Assembly: GCA_964508905.1 (NCBI GenBank)
Contig: CAZDVO010000001.1
Location: 81,374 to 145,373, forward strand
Direction of reading: 5' to 3'
Length of the DNA: 64,000 nucleotides
DNA from: an uncultured bacterium
GTDB taxonomy: Bacteria; Omnitrophota; Omnitrophia; Omnitrophales; Aquincolibacteriaceae
Numbering within the stretch: the stretch's first letter is position 1; each line of letters opens with the position of its first letter. A program made the position numbers and the translations under genes. The notes beneath the pieces were generated by a model. The model did not search any database, had not been told where the DNA came from, and saw nothing but the letters and a program-made list of their open reading frames with translations. Shown here one piece after another: positions 17,816 through 27,635 of this stretch.

Positions 17816-18889
17816 ATGAAAACCCTCTACGGTGCCACCCCTGATGAGATCGAGGCCATCGTTCTTTCTGAGGGGTTACCCAAATATCGGGCTTCTCAGC
17901 TTTCAGAATGGATCTATCACAAACATATCCTGACGTGGAGCGAAGCTAAAAATCTGCCTCAGACGGCTATCCAGCAGCTTTCCCGAAAGGTTTCGCTCAC
18001 CTCTTTGGAAGTTTCCGAAGAAAAAAAAGCCGCAGTAGGAGGTTCTTCTAAATTTCTCTTTAAGACAGTCGACGGACACTTCCTGGAAAGCGTCTTAATT
18101 GCGCAAAAGGACGTTGCCGATTCCGAAGAAGATGAGGAAGTGGGTGGTCGTCAAACCGTGTGTGTTTCAACCCAGTTGGGTTGTAAGGTCCGCTGCGCCT
18201 TTTGTGCCAGCGGGCGAAGCCCTTTTATCCGCAATCTCACGGCGGGGGAGATCGTGGAACAGGTTGCGAGGATTGCCCGGATAACAGGCCGAAAGATCAC
18301 GAATGTCGTTTTTATGGGAATGGGCGAACCTCTGGATAATTTTGATGCTACGCTCAAGGCCGTTCGTATCTTGATCGAGCCGTGGGGGTTCGCGTTCAGC
18401 GCGCGAAGGATCACGGTCTCGACCTCGGGGTTGACGCCGAAGATTCTGGATTTTGTTAAAGCCGTCGATGGGCGCGTTCGGCTTTCCGTGTCGCTCCACT
18501 CCAGCATTGATGACGTTCGCAGTACGCTGGTTCCGATCAACCGACGTTACCCGCTCAAAGATCTTGCGAGCGCTCTTCGGAAGATCAATCAGGATCTGAA
18601 GCGTGAGATCACATTTGAATATACCCTGATCCCGGAAGTGAACGATTCGACCGAAGAAGCTGAAGGCGTGGCGATCATTGCTAAACCCCTTCACGCTAAG
18701 ATCAATGTAATTCCCTATAACCCGATCGCGGAATTTCCGCACAAAGCCCCCACTCTGGAACAAGCGGAGCGGTTTTGTGGCGAACTTGAGCGGCGCGGTC
18801 TTCGCGTGATGCTGCGCCGGACCGAAGGCCGTGATATTGATGCCGCGTGCGGCCAACTCAGGCTTGACCGCTCGATTCGGCAAGCCTGA
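17816..18889 (+). CDS. rlmN: 23S rRNA A2503 / tRNA A37 C2-methyltransferase (radical SAM)
   Basis: 357 aa; radical-SAM CxxxCxxC (CAFCASG); RlmN-like N-terminus. Confidence 0.8.
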   Translation: MKTLYGATPDEIEAIVLSEGLPKYRASQLSEWIYHKHILTWSEAKNLPQTAIQQLSRKVSLTSLEVSEEKKAAVGGSSKFLFKTVDGHFLESVLIAQKDVADSEEDEEVGGRQTVCVSTQLGCKVRCAFCASGRSPFIRNLTAGEIVEQVARIARITGRKITNVVFMGMGEPLDNFDATLKAVRILIEPWGFAFSARRITVSTSGLTPKILDFVKAVDGRVRLSVSLHSSIDDVRSTLVPINRRYPLKDLASALRKINQDLKREITFEYTLIPEVNDSTEEAEGVAIIAKPLHAKINVIPYNPIAEFPHKAPTLEQAERFCGELERRGLRVMLRRTEGRDIDAACGQLRLDRSIRQA

Positions 18890-18915
18890 GCCGGGACACA
18901 GGACTTGTCCTCTGC

Positions 18916-19458
18916 TTAATGTTCCAGGAGGCTCGGGATTCGGTCGCTACCTGGGATGGCGGAAGGAGGAGGGGGGAGGGCGCTTTCTGAAAGCTTGCTG
19001 ATGAGCTTGCGAAGCATCCGCCGTTCGTAGTCAATTTTTCCCATCACGCTTTCACAGGTGGGTGTTTTCAGATAGCCCAGTTCTAAAGAGATCTCCACCT
19101 GTGTTTCCAGCTCAGCGCAAGATCCGGCGGCGATGTTGAGGAACCTCTGGTAGTCTTTGGTGGCTCTTCGGCTGTGTCCCTCACTGATGTTGCTAGGGAT
19201 AGAGATTGACGCTCTGCGCATTTGAGTTGTCAGGCCATACATCTCTTCGTTTGGGAAAAGGCGCGTGAGCTTATAGGTTTCAGCGACGATTTCTTTTCCG
19301 AGTCGCCATATTTTTAAGTCTCTAAAGTTCTGGATCGCTTTTTTATTAAGCTCATTCGGAGAGATATTTGCCGGTTTCTTGTTTTCATGCGTGGCTGGAG
19401 AAACACGACTCTCGTTCCCTATCTTTCGAAATCCCTGACTGTATCCTTTATTATTCAT
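18916..19458 (-). CDS. four-helix-bundle protein (23S rRNA intervening-sequence protein family) with an N-terminal extension
   Basis: ATG preceded by AGGAGGATTT; C-terminal about 120 aa match the family signature (...IAAGSCAELETQVEISLELGYL...). Confidence 0.55.
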   Translation of the reverse strand: MNNKGYSQGFRKIGNESRVSPATHENKKPANISPNELNKKAIQNFRDLKIWRLGKEIVAETYKLTRLFPNEEMYGLTTQMRRASISIPSNISEGHSRRATKDYQRFLNIAAGSCAELETQVEISLELGYLKTPTCESVMGKIDYERRMLRKLISKLSESALPPPPSAIPGSDRIPSLLEH

Positions 19459-19501
19459 AAATCCTCCTATTTTTGATTGTTTTTGCGCCATCCTCCATCC
19501 A

Positions 19502-21160
19502 TCATCCACCCTCCTTTTCGTGGTATGCCCACAATTTGTTGAATTTAGGATGCTCACGGTAAAGGAGCTCGAGCTGTTGCGAGAAGAATCCATCCGTCAT
19601 GCCGTCGAGCAGTGACGACAGCTCATCCAAGCGCAGCCGGTTCTCGAGATGTTCCTGTTCCGAGGCCGGTGGCGTGAAAACGAGGTCGATCTGAAGGCGG
19701 CGCCGCTCATAGTAAATACGCGTTGCTTCCGAGAGCAGGTCGTTGCGGAGTTCCACCATCATCTTTTCGCGTGAATCGATCGATGTTTGATCGGAGCTGT
19801 ACAACATGTCCCCAAGGTCCCAACTGACATCGGCATCCCAACTTTTGCTCTTGTCTTCCGGGCCGGTAATATATTTGCCGCTGTAGGTCGTGACGGAGTC
19901 GTTCCGGTTCAGGCTTTTTCCAAAAGAGAAAGAGGGAAGCAGTCCCGCGACCCGGGAGAGAGCATGCCATCGTTTGATCTTGGAATTCGCGACATCCGCA
20001 TAGCGGATGACATGCTGATGGATCTCACGCGCCGAAGGCTCCAGGGAGATCAGTTCTTTAAAAAGAGAAAGCGTTTCTTTCGAAGGCTGGTAGAGTCTCA
20101 ACGCCGCTCCTCCTTTTGGCGTAAGGCCTTCGAGGGGATATTGAACAAATCCGTCCTTGGTGATGGCGATCAGCTTTGCTTCGTTCACAACGGCGATGCT
20201 TTGAGCTTCATTCCGGGCCAGCCCCTCAAAAAGAGCGGACCATCGCTGTGCCGAGGCCTCGTAGGCATAGACCCCTCTCGGAGTAGCCGCATAGAAGCAG
20301 TCCGTTTTGGATGCGTAGGCGAGTTGCCGAATGGAAATGCTCTGCAGCCCGTTTCTTGAAAGAGGCTCCCACCGGTGCCCGCCATCAAGGCTTCGAAAAG
20401 CGCCTTTTTCTGTCGCTAAAAATAATTCCTGGGGGTTTCTTTTTGAGGCGATGAGATCATGGATCTTGAGATCGTAAGAGAGTGGGTCTTCAAGAGAGCC
20501 GGAATCATCATTTTCTGATACGGAAAGTTCGACGCTGCTTTGAGAAAGATCCAGGATGGGACGGGCGGTGTTTTCAGGTAATGCCAAATGAAGCGTGTTT
20601 TCACTGGCGATAAACAGTCGGCCATGCTCAAAGACAACGAGCGGAACGGGTTTTGACGTGCGGAATATGGGCGAGAGGGACCATGTTTGACCGGCTGTCT
20701 TGGTTTCCAGAAGTCCGTGGCGGGTCCCCAGGAGCCAATGATTCGGATTTTTGGGATCCAGGGCGAAGGCGAGAGGCTCTTTAGCAGAGTCTTTGTAGAT
20801 CATCCGCCAGGACCGATCTGTCAGATTTCCCATAAAAACATGGCGTGTTGTGACCGCGAACACGAAATCCGGTAAAACAGGAAAAGAAAAGATCTTTTTG
20901 ATCGGTGTATTTCCATCACCCTGACACCAAAGAGATTTCCACCCTGGTTCATTGCCGCCTTCGAAGATCTGTTGTTTTGAGGCGACCAGAAATTTCGAGG
21001 CATCGAGCGGATGAGCCGTCAGGCAAGTGAGAGAGCTTCCCGCGAGGGAGGGCTGCGCCGGTTTTTGCCATTCGGCGGGAGATGGGGTCTGAAATCCTAA
21101 CAGGCAAAGGACGAGCAGGGCAAAGCCTGCCCCTAAAAGCTTCTTATGGCGGGTTTTCAT
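19502..21160 (-). CDS. secreted BNR/Asp-box repeat protein with an uncharacterised C-terminal domain
   Basis: about 550 aa; signal peptide MKTRHKKLLGAGFALLVLCLLG; Asp-box S-x-D-x-G-x-T-W-like repeats (KTAGQTWS, SLDGGHRWE). Confidence 0.5.
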   Translation of the reverse strand: MKTRHKKLLGAGFALLVLCLLGFQTPSPAEWQKPAQPSLAGSSLTCLTAHPLDASKFLVASKQQIFEGGNEPGWKSLWCQGDGNTPIKKIFSFPVLPDFVFAVTTRHVFMGNLTDRSWRMIYKDSAKEPLAFALDPKNPNHWLLGTRHGLLETKTAGQTWSLSPIFRTSKPVPLVVFEHGRLFIASENTLHLALPENTARPILDLSQSSVELSVSENDDSGSLEDPLSYDLKIHDLIASKRNPQELFLATEKGAFRSLDGGHRWEPLSRNGLQSISIRQLAYASKTDCFYAATPRGVYAYEASAQRWSALFEGLARNEAQSIAVVNEAKLIAITKDGFVQYPLEGLTPKGGAALRLYQPSKETLSLFKELISLEPSAREIHQHVIRYADVANSKIKRWHALSRVAGLLPSFSFGKSLNRNDSVTTYSGKYITGPEDKSKSWDADVSWDLGDMLYSSDQTSIDSREKMMVELRNDLLSEATRIYYERRRLQIDLVFTPPASEQEHLENRLRLDELSSLLDGMTDGFFSQQLELLYREHPKFNKLWAYHEKEGG

Positions 21161-21441
21161 AGCGGCATCTCCTATATGTGTAATAATCATATAATATATT
21201 CATATTATGTAAATATGTCAATTGTTTCGTGGTTTCTCCTCAAAGAGACATCCCCCCATCTTTTATTCCAAGCTTAAAGGGGAGGTAAGGACTAAAAATA
21301 ACCGTTTTAAAAGGTCAAAAGAGAGGATTAAAACGATTCATGATGGTTTTTCTTAGAGAAGATCAGACGCATTGTGCCATCCAGGTTTTTTTGATATAGT
21401 GCCGCACGTTTTAATTCCGAAAAATAGAAAGGCAGAGAACT

Positions 21442-22536
21442 ATGGGTTTTAAGTGCGGGATCGTCGGTCTTCCGAATGTCGGCAAGTCCACTATTTTTAA
21501 CGCGATCGCCAAAGCGCATGCCGCGGCGTCGAACTATCCTTTTTGCACGATCGAGCCGAATGTGGGGATGGTTCCGGTCCCCGATCCGCGGCTTTGGGAG
21601 CTGAGCAAGCTCTATAATCCGCAGAAGACGACGCCAACCACAGTAGAGTTTTATGACATCGCGGGACTTGTCGCCGGGGCATCGAAAGGGGAGGGGCTCG
21701 GCAATCAATTCCTGGGACACATCAAAGAAGTGGAGGCCATTCTTCATGTGGTTCGCTGCTTTGAGGATCCGAACATTGTCCACGTTTCCGGCTCGATCGA
21801 TCCGGCGCGCGATATTGACGTGATCGATACGGAACTTTGCCTCAAAGACCTTGATACCATCAACGCCCGCTACACCAAAACCGAAAAGCTCGCGAAGGCC
21901 GGAGACAAAGAAGCCAAAGAGCAGATGCCCGCTTATGAAAAGGTCAAAAAAGCGCTTGAGGACGGAACGCCCTTAAGAGGGATCGGCCTGACGGAAGAAG
22001 AAAAAAAACTTGTGAAGGATATGGCGTTCCTGACCCTTAAGCCCGTGCTTTATTGCGCCAACGTTGCGGAAAAGGACCTCCCGGGCGGCGGGCCTTTCGT
22101 GGATCTTTTGCGTCAACGCGCGGCCAAAGAGGGTGCCGAAGTGGTCGTGATCTCCGGGAAGGTGGAATCCGAATTGATCGATCTTTCCGAAGAAGACCAG
22201 CAGGTTTTCCTGAAAGATCTCGGGTTAGAAGAACCGGGGCTTAATTCGCTGATCCGGACCGGGTACAAGGCGCTCCAGTTGATCACTTATTTTACAGCGG
22301 GAGAAAAAGAAGTGCGCGCGTGGACCGTTCGTAAGGGCTCCAAGGCGCCTCAGGCCGCAGGGGTCATTCATTCCGATTTTGAGCGAGGGTTTATTCGCGC
22401 CGAAGTGATGCGCTATGAAGACCTTCTCAAATACGGTTCCCAGCCGGCAGTGAAAGAAAAGGGCCTGCTTCGCGTTGAAGGTAAGGAATACGAGACTCAA
22501 GACGGCGACGTCATGCTTTTTCGCTTTAGCGTCTGA
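21442..22536 (+). CDS. ychF: ribosome-binding ATPase YchF (Obg-family)
   Basis: 364 aa; G1 GLPNVGKST; YchF-specific C-terminal TGS-like region. Confidence 0.9.
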   Translation: MGFKCGIVGLPNVGKSTIFNAIAKAHAAASNYPFCTIEPNVGMVPVPDPRLWELSKLYNPQKTTPTTVEFYDIAGLVAGASKGEGLGNQFLGHIKEVEAILHVVRCFEDPNIVHVSGSIDPARDIDVIDTELCLKDLDTINARYTKTEKLAKAGDKEAKEQMPAYEKVKKALEDGTPLRGIGLTEEEKKLVKDMAFLTLKPVLYCANVAEKDLPGGGPFVDLLRQRAAKEGAEVVVISGKVESELIDLSEEDQQVFLKDLGLEEPGLNSLIRTGYKALQLITYFTAGEKEVRAWTVRKGSKAPQAAGVIHSDFERGFIRAEVMRYEDLLKYGSQPAVKEKGLLRVEGKEYETQDGDVMLFRFSV

Positions 22537-22622
22537 TCCGGGATATAGCAAGACCCCCAGAGGGGAAGTAAAACGGTTATCCGTTCCCCGTTTACTGTTT
22601 CCCGTATATAATACCCGCCACT

Positions 22623-23300
22623 ATGAAACACAATCCTTTCTATTCGATCTATCGTGATTTTAAGGCGTGCTTTGAGCGCGATCCCGCCGCACGGACGCCG
22701 CTTGGCGCGCTCGAGGTTCTTTTTCTTTATTCGGGACTGCACGCGGTTCTCTTATACCGTTTTGCCCATGTTCTTTACAGACTGCGCGTCCCTTTTATCC
22801 CGAGGCTGATCTCCCAGATCGCGCGATTTCTGACCGGTGTGGAGATCCATCCTGGCGCGAAGATCGCCCCCGGGTTTTTTATCGATCACGGCATGGGGGT
22901 TGTGATCGGGGAGACGACGGAGATCGGTGAGAATGTGACGATCTATCAAGGCGTGACGTTGGGTGGTACCGGCAAAGAACGCGGGAAAAGGCATCCGACG
23001 CTTGGCCACAATGTGGTGGTGGGTGTCGGGGCCAAAGTCCTCGGCAATATCAAGATCGGTGACCACGTGAAGATCGGCGGGGGTTCGGTCGTCATCCATT
23101 CCGTGCCGGATCATTGCACCGTGGTCGGTGTTCCGGCTGAGATCGTTCGGATCGACGGCAAAAAGGTCGAAGACGTGGATCTTGAACACGGGGACCTCCC
23201 GGATCCTGTCCGGGAACTCAAGAACCGTGTCCGTGAACTTCAAAAAGAAGTCGAGGCCATTGAAGCGCAGCATAAGGGCCAAAACCTCAAAAAGGATTAG
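22623..23300 (+). CDS. cysE: serine O-acetyltransferase with a C-terminal coiled-coil tail
   Basis: 225 aa; SATase N-terminal helix region plus hexapeptide repeats (GAKIAPGFFIDHGMGVVIGETTEIGENVTIYQGVTLGG). Confidence 0.7.
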   Translation: MKHNPFYSIYRDFKACFERDPAARTPLGALEVLFLYSGLHAVLLYRFAHVLYRLRVPFIPRLISQIARFLTGVEIHPGAKIAPGFFIDHGMGVVIGETTEIGENVTIYQGVTLGGTGKERGKRHPTLGHNVVVGVGAKVLGNIKIGDHVKIGGGSVVIHSVPDHCTVVGVPAEIVRIDGKKVEDVDLEHGDLPDPVRELKNRVRELQKEVEAIEAQHKGQNLKKD

Positions 23301-23333
23301 CGTGCGATTCAGGTGTTACGCTCTATTCCCTCT

Positions 23334-23747
23334 ATGAAAAAAGGTAAGGTCTATTCCGACGGTGGCGCACGAGGCAATCCTGGGCCCGCGGCGATCGGGG
23401 TCTTGGTCTGTGATGACGAAGACCATAAGCTTTCCGATCACGGCGAAACGATCGGGGAGACCACGAACAATGTCGCCGAATACACCGCGGTGGTTCGCGG
23501 ATTGACCTTGGCTTCCGAGCTGGGTCTTACCGAAGCGGATTACTTTCTCGATAGCGAACTCGTTGCGCGGCAACTTTCCGGGATTTATCGCCTCAAGGCG
23601 GAGCATCTCAAGCCGTTCTTTATTCAGGTCAAAGAGCTTGAGAAGAAATTCAAACGGATCACCTATTTTCATGTGCCGCGGGAACATCCCAAGATCAAAC
23701 ATGTGGATCGGCTCGTGAATCTCGCGCTCGACCGGGCGGGACACTGA
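23334..23747 (+). CDS. RNase H type 1-like small protein
   Basis: 137 aa; DGGARGNPGPAAIG...ETTNNVAEY catalytic-core pattern of RNase HI-like domains. Confidence 0.6.
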   Translation: MKKGKVYSDGGARGNPGPAAIGVLVCDDEDHKLSDHGETIGETTNNVAEYTAVVRGLTLASELGLTEADYFLDSELVARQLSGIYRLKAEHLKPFFIQVKELEKKFKRITYFHVPREHPKIKHVDRLVNLALDRAGH

Positions 23748-23750
23748 TGC

Positions 23751-23819
23751 GCACAACGGACAACGCGCAAAGCTCAACGAATTCGTTGCGCGTAGAACGT
23801 CGCGCGTTGCGCGAGGTTT
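23751..23819. repeat. GC-rich imperfect palindrome (REP-like) with a CAACGCGCAA core; contains the perfect palindrome CAACGAATTCGTTG
   Basis: read directly; a related palindromic element built from CAACGC units lies at 50333-50402. Confidence 0.3.
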
Positions 23820-23823
23820 AGAT

Positions 23824-24165
23824 ATGGCAACAGCGCTGATTGGAATATTGGGTGGCTTTTTAGGTGGGCTTTTTGGAGTAGGCGGCGGGACGATTTTTGT
23901 GCCGCTTTTGATGCTCTTAAAGGGGTTTGATATCCATCGGGCGGTCGGGACCTCGCTCTTGATCATTATCTTTACAGCGTTGTCTGGAGCAGTCTTCCAT
24001 GGCAAGGCAGGAATGGTTGATTGGCAGACCGCGGTCATTTTAGGAATTTTTAGTGTTCTCGGCGTTTGGCTAGGGACCCAGTTGTCGCTAAAGATCGATG
24101 CCTTGTTGCTCCAGCGCGCCTTTGCTGTTTTTCTTGTGGTAATTGCCGTTAAGATCTTTTTTTAA
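23824..24165 (+). CDS. TauE/SafE (DUF81)-family membrane protein, half-size
   Basis: 113 aa, about 4 TM helices; G-rich first helix (ILGGFLGGLFGVGGGTIFVPLL) typical of TauE/SafE. Confidence 0.4.
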   Translation: MATALIGILGGFLGGLFGVGGGTIFVPLLMLLKGFDIHRAVGTSLLIIIFTALSGAVFHGKAGMVDWQTAVILGIFSVLGVWLGTQLSLKIDALLLQRAFAVFLVVIAVKIFF

Positions 24166-24194
24166 ACCATCCTGCTCATTTCAAAGGAGGAATC

Positions 24195-25718
24195 ATGAAA
24201 GTTTTATTGACGGGTTTGACGAAATCGGCTCCCAAAGCAGATCTTTTTGTGGCCGGGTATTTTAAAGGAGAAAAAAGCCTTCCGTCCCTGAAAAAGATCG
24301 AATCGGTATTCTCCAAGGCGGTTGAAGCGGCCCTGGCGAAAAAACGTTTTGAAGGAAAACCCGGAGAAGTTTTTAGTTCTTATCAGGCGGGATACGGTCA
24401 AGCGCAGGAAATCGCGCTGCTTGGGATGGGTTCAAAAAAAGATCTCAAAGTCGCTTCGTTGCGAAAGGCTGTTGGAAATCTGGTCGGGTTTGCGACGAGC
24501 CGCAAAGCCGCGAAGGTTCGCGTGCTTCTTGATTCTTTTGTGACCGAGAACGTTTCTGCGGAGGAAGTCGCGAAGATCTTCACGGAGGTCTCTTTTTTGG
24601 CAGCCTATCGCTTTACGGAATACAAAACGAAAAAAGAAGACGCCTCCAAAACTCCCGCCTCGATCGAACTGGTGACTGGGGATAAAGGGGTAGTGGCCTC
24701 TGCCAAGGCGGGGATGGTGCGCGCCGAGAAGATCGCCAAGGCGGTGATCTTTGCCCGAGACCTGAACAACGAACCGGGCAATGTGATGACGGCTGTGAGG
24801 CTTGCCGAGGAAGCCAGGAAGATCGCAGAAGCGAAAAAGTTGAAATATGAAGTCCTGGGCCTCGAAGAGCTGAAGGCCCTTGGGATGAACGGGATCCTTG
24901 CCGTGAATCAGGGGAGCGTGACGCCTCCAGCTCTGATCATCATGGAATATGGCGAGGAGCACAAGGCGAACGGGACCGTTTGTTTGGTGGGCAAAGGGGT
25001 GACCTTTGATACCGGCGGGATCTCGATCAAGCCGTCGAAGGGGATGGAGGAAATGAAGTATGACAAGTCCGGCGCGATCGCGGTCGTCGCGACGATGGGG
25101 CTTGTGGCGGAACTAAAATTAAAACTGCACGTTGTCGGTCTCGCGCCTTCGGTTGAAAATAATGTGGCGAACGATCCGCAGCGTCCGGGAGATATCATCC
25201 GGATGTACAACAAAAAGACCGTGGAAGTGATGAATACGGACGCCGAAGGACGGCTTATCCTGGCGGACGCGCTTTCTTACTGCGAAAAATACAAGCCGAC
25301 CGCGATCATCGATGCGGCCACGCTGACGGGGATGTGTCATCACACGTTCGGCGATAAGACCTGTGGGATACTGGGGACCGATCAGAAGCTGATCGATGCC
25401 ATCCGGAATGCCGGGGAAAAGGTCGGGGAGCGTTGCTGGCAGCTTCCTCTTTGGGAAGAATACGGCGAGGCCGTGAAATCTCATCATTCCGATCTGAAAA
25501 ATGTTGGTGACGGTTATGCCGGAACCATTACGGCCGCCATGTTTCTTAAGGAATTCGTTCCGGCCAAAACACCATGGGTGCATCTGGACATTGCGGGGAC
25601 CGCTTATTGTTCCGCTAATCGCTTTGATTGCGTCAAAGGAGCCAATGGCTTCGGCGTGCGTCTTTTCGCGGAAGTCCTTTCAAATTGGGGGCTGGAGAGT
25701 TTCTCCCAGGCCGCCTAA
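24195..25718 (+). CDS. pepA: leucyl aminopeptidase (M17)
   Basis: 507 aa; M17 active-site signature NTDAEGRL; RBS GGAGG. Confidence 0.85.
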   Translation: MKVLLTGLTKSAPKADLFVAGYFKGEKSLPSLKKIESVFSKAVEAALAKKRFEGKPGEVFSSYQAGYGQAQEIALLGMGSKKDLKVASLRKAVGNLVGFATSRKAAKVRVLLDSFVTENVSAEEVAKIFTEVSFLAAYRFTEYKTKKEDASKTPASIELVTGDKGVVASAKAGMVRAEKIAKAVIFARDLNNEPGNVMTAVRLAEEARKIAEAKKLKYEVLGLEELKALGMNGILAVNQGSVTPPALIIMEYGEEHKANGTVCLVGKGVTFDTGGISIKPSKGMEEMKYDKSGAIAVVATMGLVAELKLKLHVVGLAPSVENNVANDPQRPGDIIRMYNKKTVEVMNTDAEGRLILADALSYCEKYKPTAIIDAATLTGMCHHTFGDKTCGILGTDQKLIDAIRNAGEKVGERCWQLPLWEEYGEAVKSHHSDLKNVGDGYAGTITAAMFLKEFVPAKTPWVHLDIAGTAYCSANRFDCVKGANGFGVRLFAEVLSNWGLESFSQAA

Positions 25719-25778
25719 GCGGTAAAGATTTCGTCAAAAAAGCCGTAACATCGAGCGTTAGGATAAGGAGAAAGAGCT

Positions 25779-26219
25779 ATGAAGAAAATCCTCGCTTGTT
25801 TTACCGTTTTTTTGATGATCTCGTCCATACTGTGCCGCCCCGCGCTTGCGGTCGGGGGGAAACAATTCGGGGCGTCGCTTCTTTTGCCGACCACGGGTCA
25901 GGCCTTGAATGGTGAGATCGGTGCGACCAAAACCAAGATCATGGCAGGGGTCGAAGTGGCCGCGGTGACCGCGACCATTCTTCTCGCGACGCTGACCTCC
26001 GGCGGGCTTTTTTGGATCGGTCTCGCTCCCTTGCTTGCCAATCACGCCTGGAGCGCCACGGATGCCTTCAAAAGCGCTCGCCGGGCGAATACGGAGAACG
26101 ACCCGTACATCCAGCAGCAGCTTTCATCCGCTCAAAGAACCCTGGATCTTTCCCGTCAAAGCCGTTTCGATAGGGAATCCGACATTCGCCAGAGGATCTT
26201 GAATTCGAGCGAACAATAG
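25779..26219 (+). CDS. hypothetical secreted/membrane protein
   Basis: 146 aa; signal peptide plus hydrophobic segment; sits in an otherwise empty intergenic stretch and is followed by a terminator. Confidence 0.35.
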   Translation: MKKILACFTVFLMISSILCRPALAVGGKQFGASLLLPTTGQALNGEIGATKTKIMAGVEVAAVTATILLATLTSGGLFWIGLAPLLANHAWSATDAFKSARRANTENDPYIQQQLSSAQRTLDLSRQSRFDRESDIRQRILNSSEQ

Positions 26220-26267
26220 AAAATAAGAGCCGCGCTCTTTGATTTTCTGATAGTGTGAAGGCCTGGT

Positions 26268-26300
26268 CCGTGGGATCAGGCCTTTTTTTTCAACCCGAAA
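26268..26300 (+). terminator. rho-independent terminator
   Basis: AGGCCTGGTCC...GATCAGGCCT hairpin followed by a T8 run. Confidence 0.45.
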
Positions 26301-26306
26301 GGATGT

Positions 26307-27635
26307 ATGAAAGATTCTCACCGAAGACTCGCGCTTTCGCAGCTACGTATTGCCACCGAAGTGTGGCAGGGCGTCAAAAATGACACGATGCCCGCGGATC
26401 GCTGGCTAGCGCGCTATTTTTATCAAAACCGTAAAAAGATCGGTTCCCGGGACCGCAGATTCATTTCCGAGACCATTTATTCGATCTTTCGGCACAAGAG
26501 TTTTCTGGAAGCTTGGGTCGAGAAGGCGAAGCCCCGGCCGGTCATGAACGACCTTGAGACAGCGGAATGCCTCTGCCTTTTTGCCGCCGCGAAGGAAGGG
26601 CTTCTCTCCAAAGAAGATTTTCAGGATACCTTTCAGCAGAGCGGGCGTCTCTATGCCGCATTGACTGAACACCTTCTCCCCGAAGAGGGACAAAAATCCA
26701 AAGAAGAGATGATGGCACGGCTTTATTCGTTTCCCCTGTGGCTGATCGAACACTGGGTCCAGGTTTTTGGCGTTGTGGAGACGGAGCGTCTTTTGGGTTT
26801 TTTCCAGCAGCGACCACTTTTGGTGCTTCGCGCGAACACCTTGAAGATCAGCCGCAAAAGGCTCGTAGACCTTTTTCGACGGATGGGCGTCGAGGCGAAT
26901 TCCACGACCCGTTCTTATTTTGGTCTTATTCTGCAGGAGCGGCGTAATGTGTTCGATACGCCTGCTTTCCGCGATGGATGGTTCGAAGTTCAGGATGAAG
27001 GGAGTCAGATGGTCTGTCAAACCATGGATCCCAAGCCAGGGGAAAGCGTTTGGGATGTCTGCGCAGGAGGCGGAGGGAAAAGCCTTCTCTTGGCCGCGAT
27101 GATGGAGAATAAGGGTCGTATTGTGGCGACGGATCTTCGATCCTACAAATTGGAAGAACTCAAAAAAAGAGCAAAACGCGCCGGGATCTTTAATATTTTC
27201 CCTGCTGAGCTCGAGCGGATCGGAGAACTCAAACTGGCCCAAAGGGGTTTTGATAAGATCCTTGTCGATGCGCCTTGTTCCGGTACGGGAACCTTGGGTC
27301 GCAATCCGGACGCGAAATGGAAAGTCAATTCTTCATGGTTTGAGGCTCTTCCGAAGGAACAGCTCGGGATCCTCGAAAAAGCGTTACCGCATCTTGCCGA
27401 GACCGGGAAACTTTATTATGCTACGTGTTCGGTGGAGGCAGCGGAGAACGAAGAGGTTGCAAAGGCTTTTTTAGCCGCGCATCCCGAAATGGAACTGGTC
27501 CCGTGCGGTGAGGCGGGTGAACCGTTCTTCAAGCTTTGGCCGCCTGAAAGCGGCACAGATGGTTTTTTTCTAGCGGTTTTCCAAAAAGTTCATGCTGGAC
27601 CTATGATGGAGAAAGAGACATGGAAAAAAAGATAG
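26307..27635 (+). CDS. rsmB: 16S rRNA m5C methyltransferase (NOL1/NOP2/Sun family)
   Basis: 442 aa; SAM motif VWDVCAGGGGKS and DAPCSGTG catalytic motif. Confidence 0.8.
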   Translation: MKDSHRRLALSQLRIATEVWQGVKNDTMPADRWLARYFYQNRKKIGSRDRRFISETIYSIFRHKSFLEAWVEKAKPRPVMNDLETAECLCLFAAAKEGLLSKEDFQDTFQQSGRLYAALTEHLLPEEGQKSKEEMMARLYSFPLWLIEHWVQVFGVVETERLLGFFQQRPLLVLRANTLKISRKRLVDLFRRMGVEANSTTRSYFGLILQERRNVFDTPAFRDGWFEVQDEGSQMVCQTMDPKPGESVWDVCAGGGGKSLLLAAMMENKGRIVATDLRSYKLEELKKRAKRAGIFNIFPAELERIGELKLAQRGFDKILVDAPCSGTGTLGRNPDAKWKVNSSWFEALPKEQLGILEKALPHLAETGKLYYATCSVEAAENEEVAKAFLAAHPEMELVPCGEAGEPFFKLWPPESGTDGFFLAVFQKVHAGPMMEKETWKKR

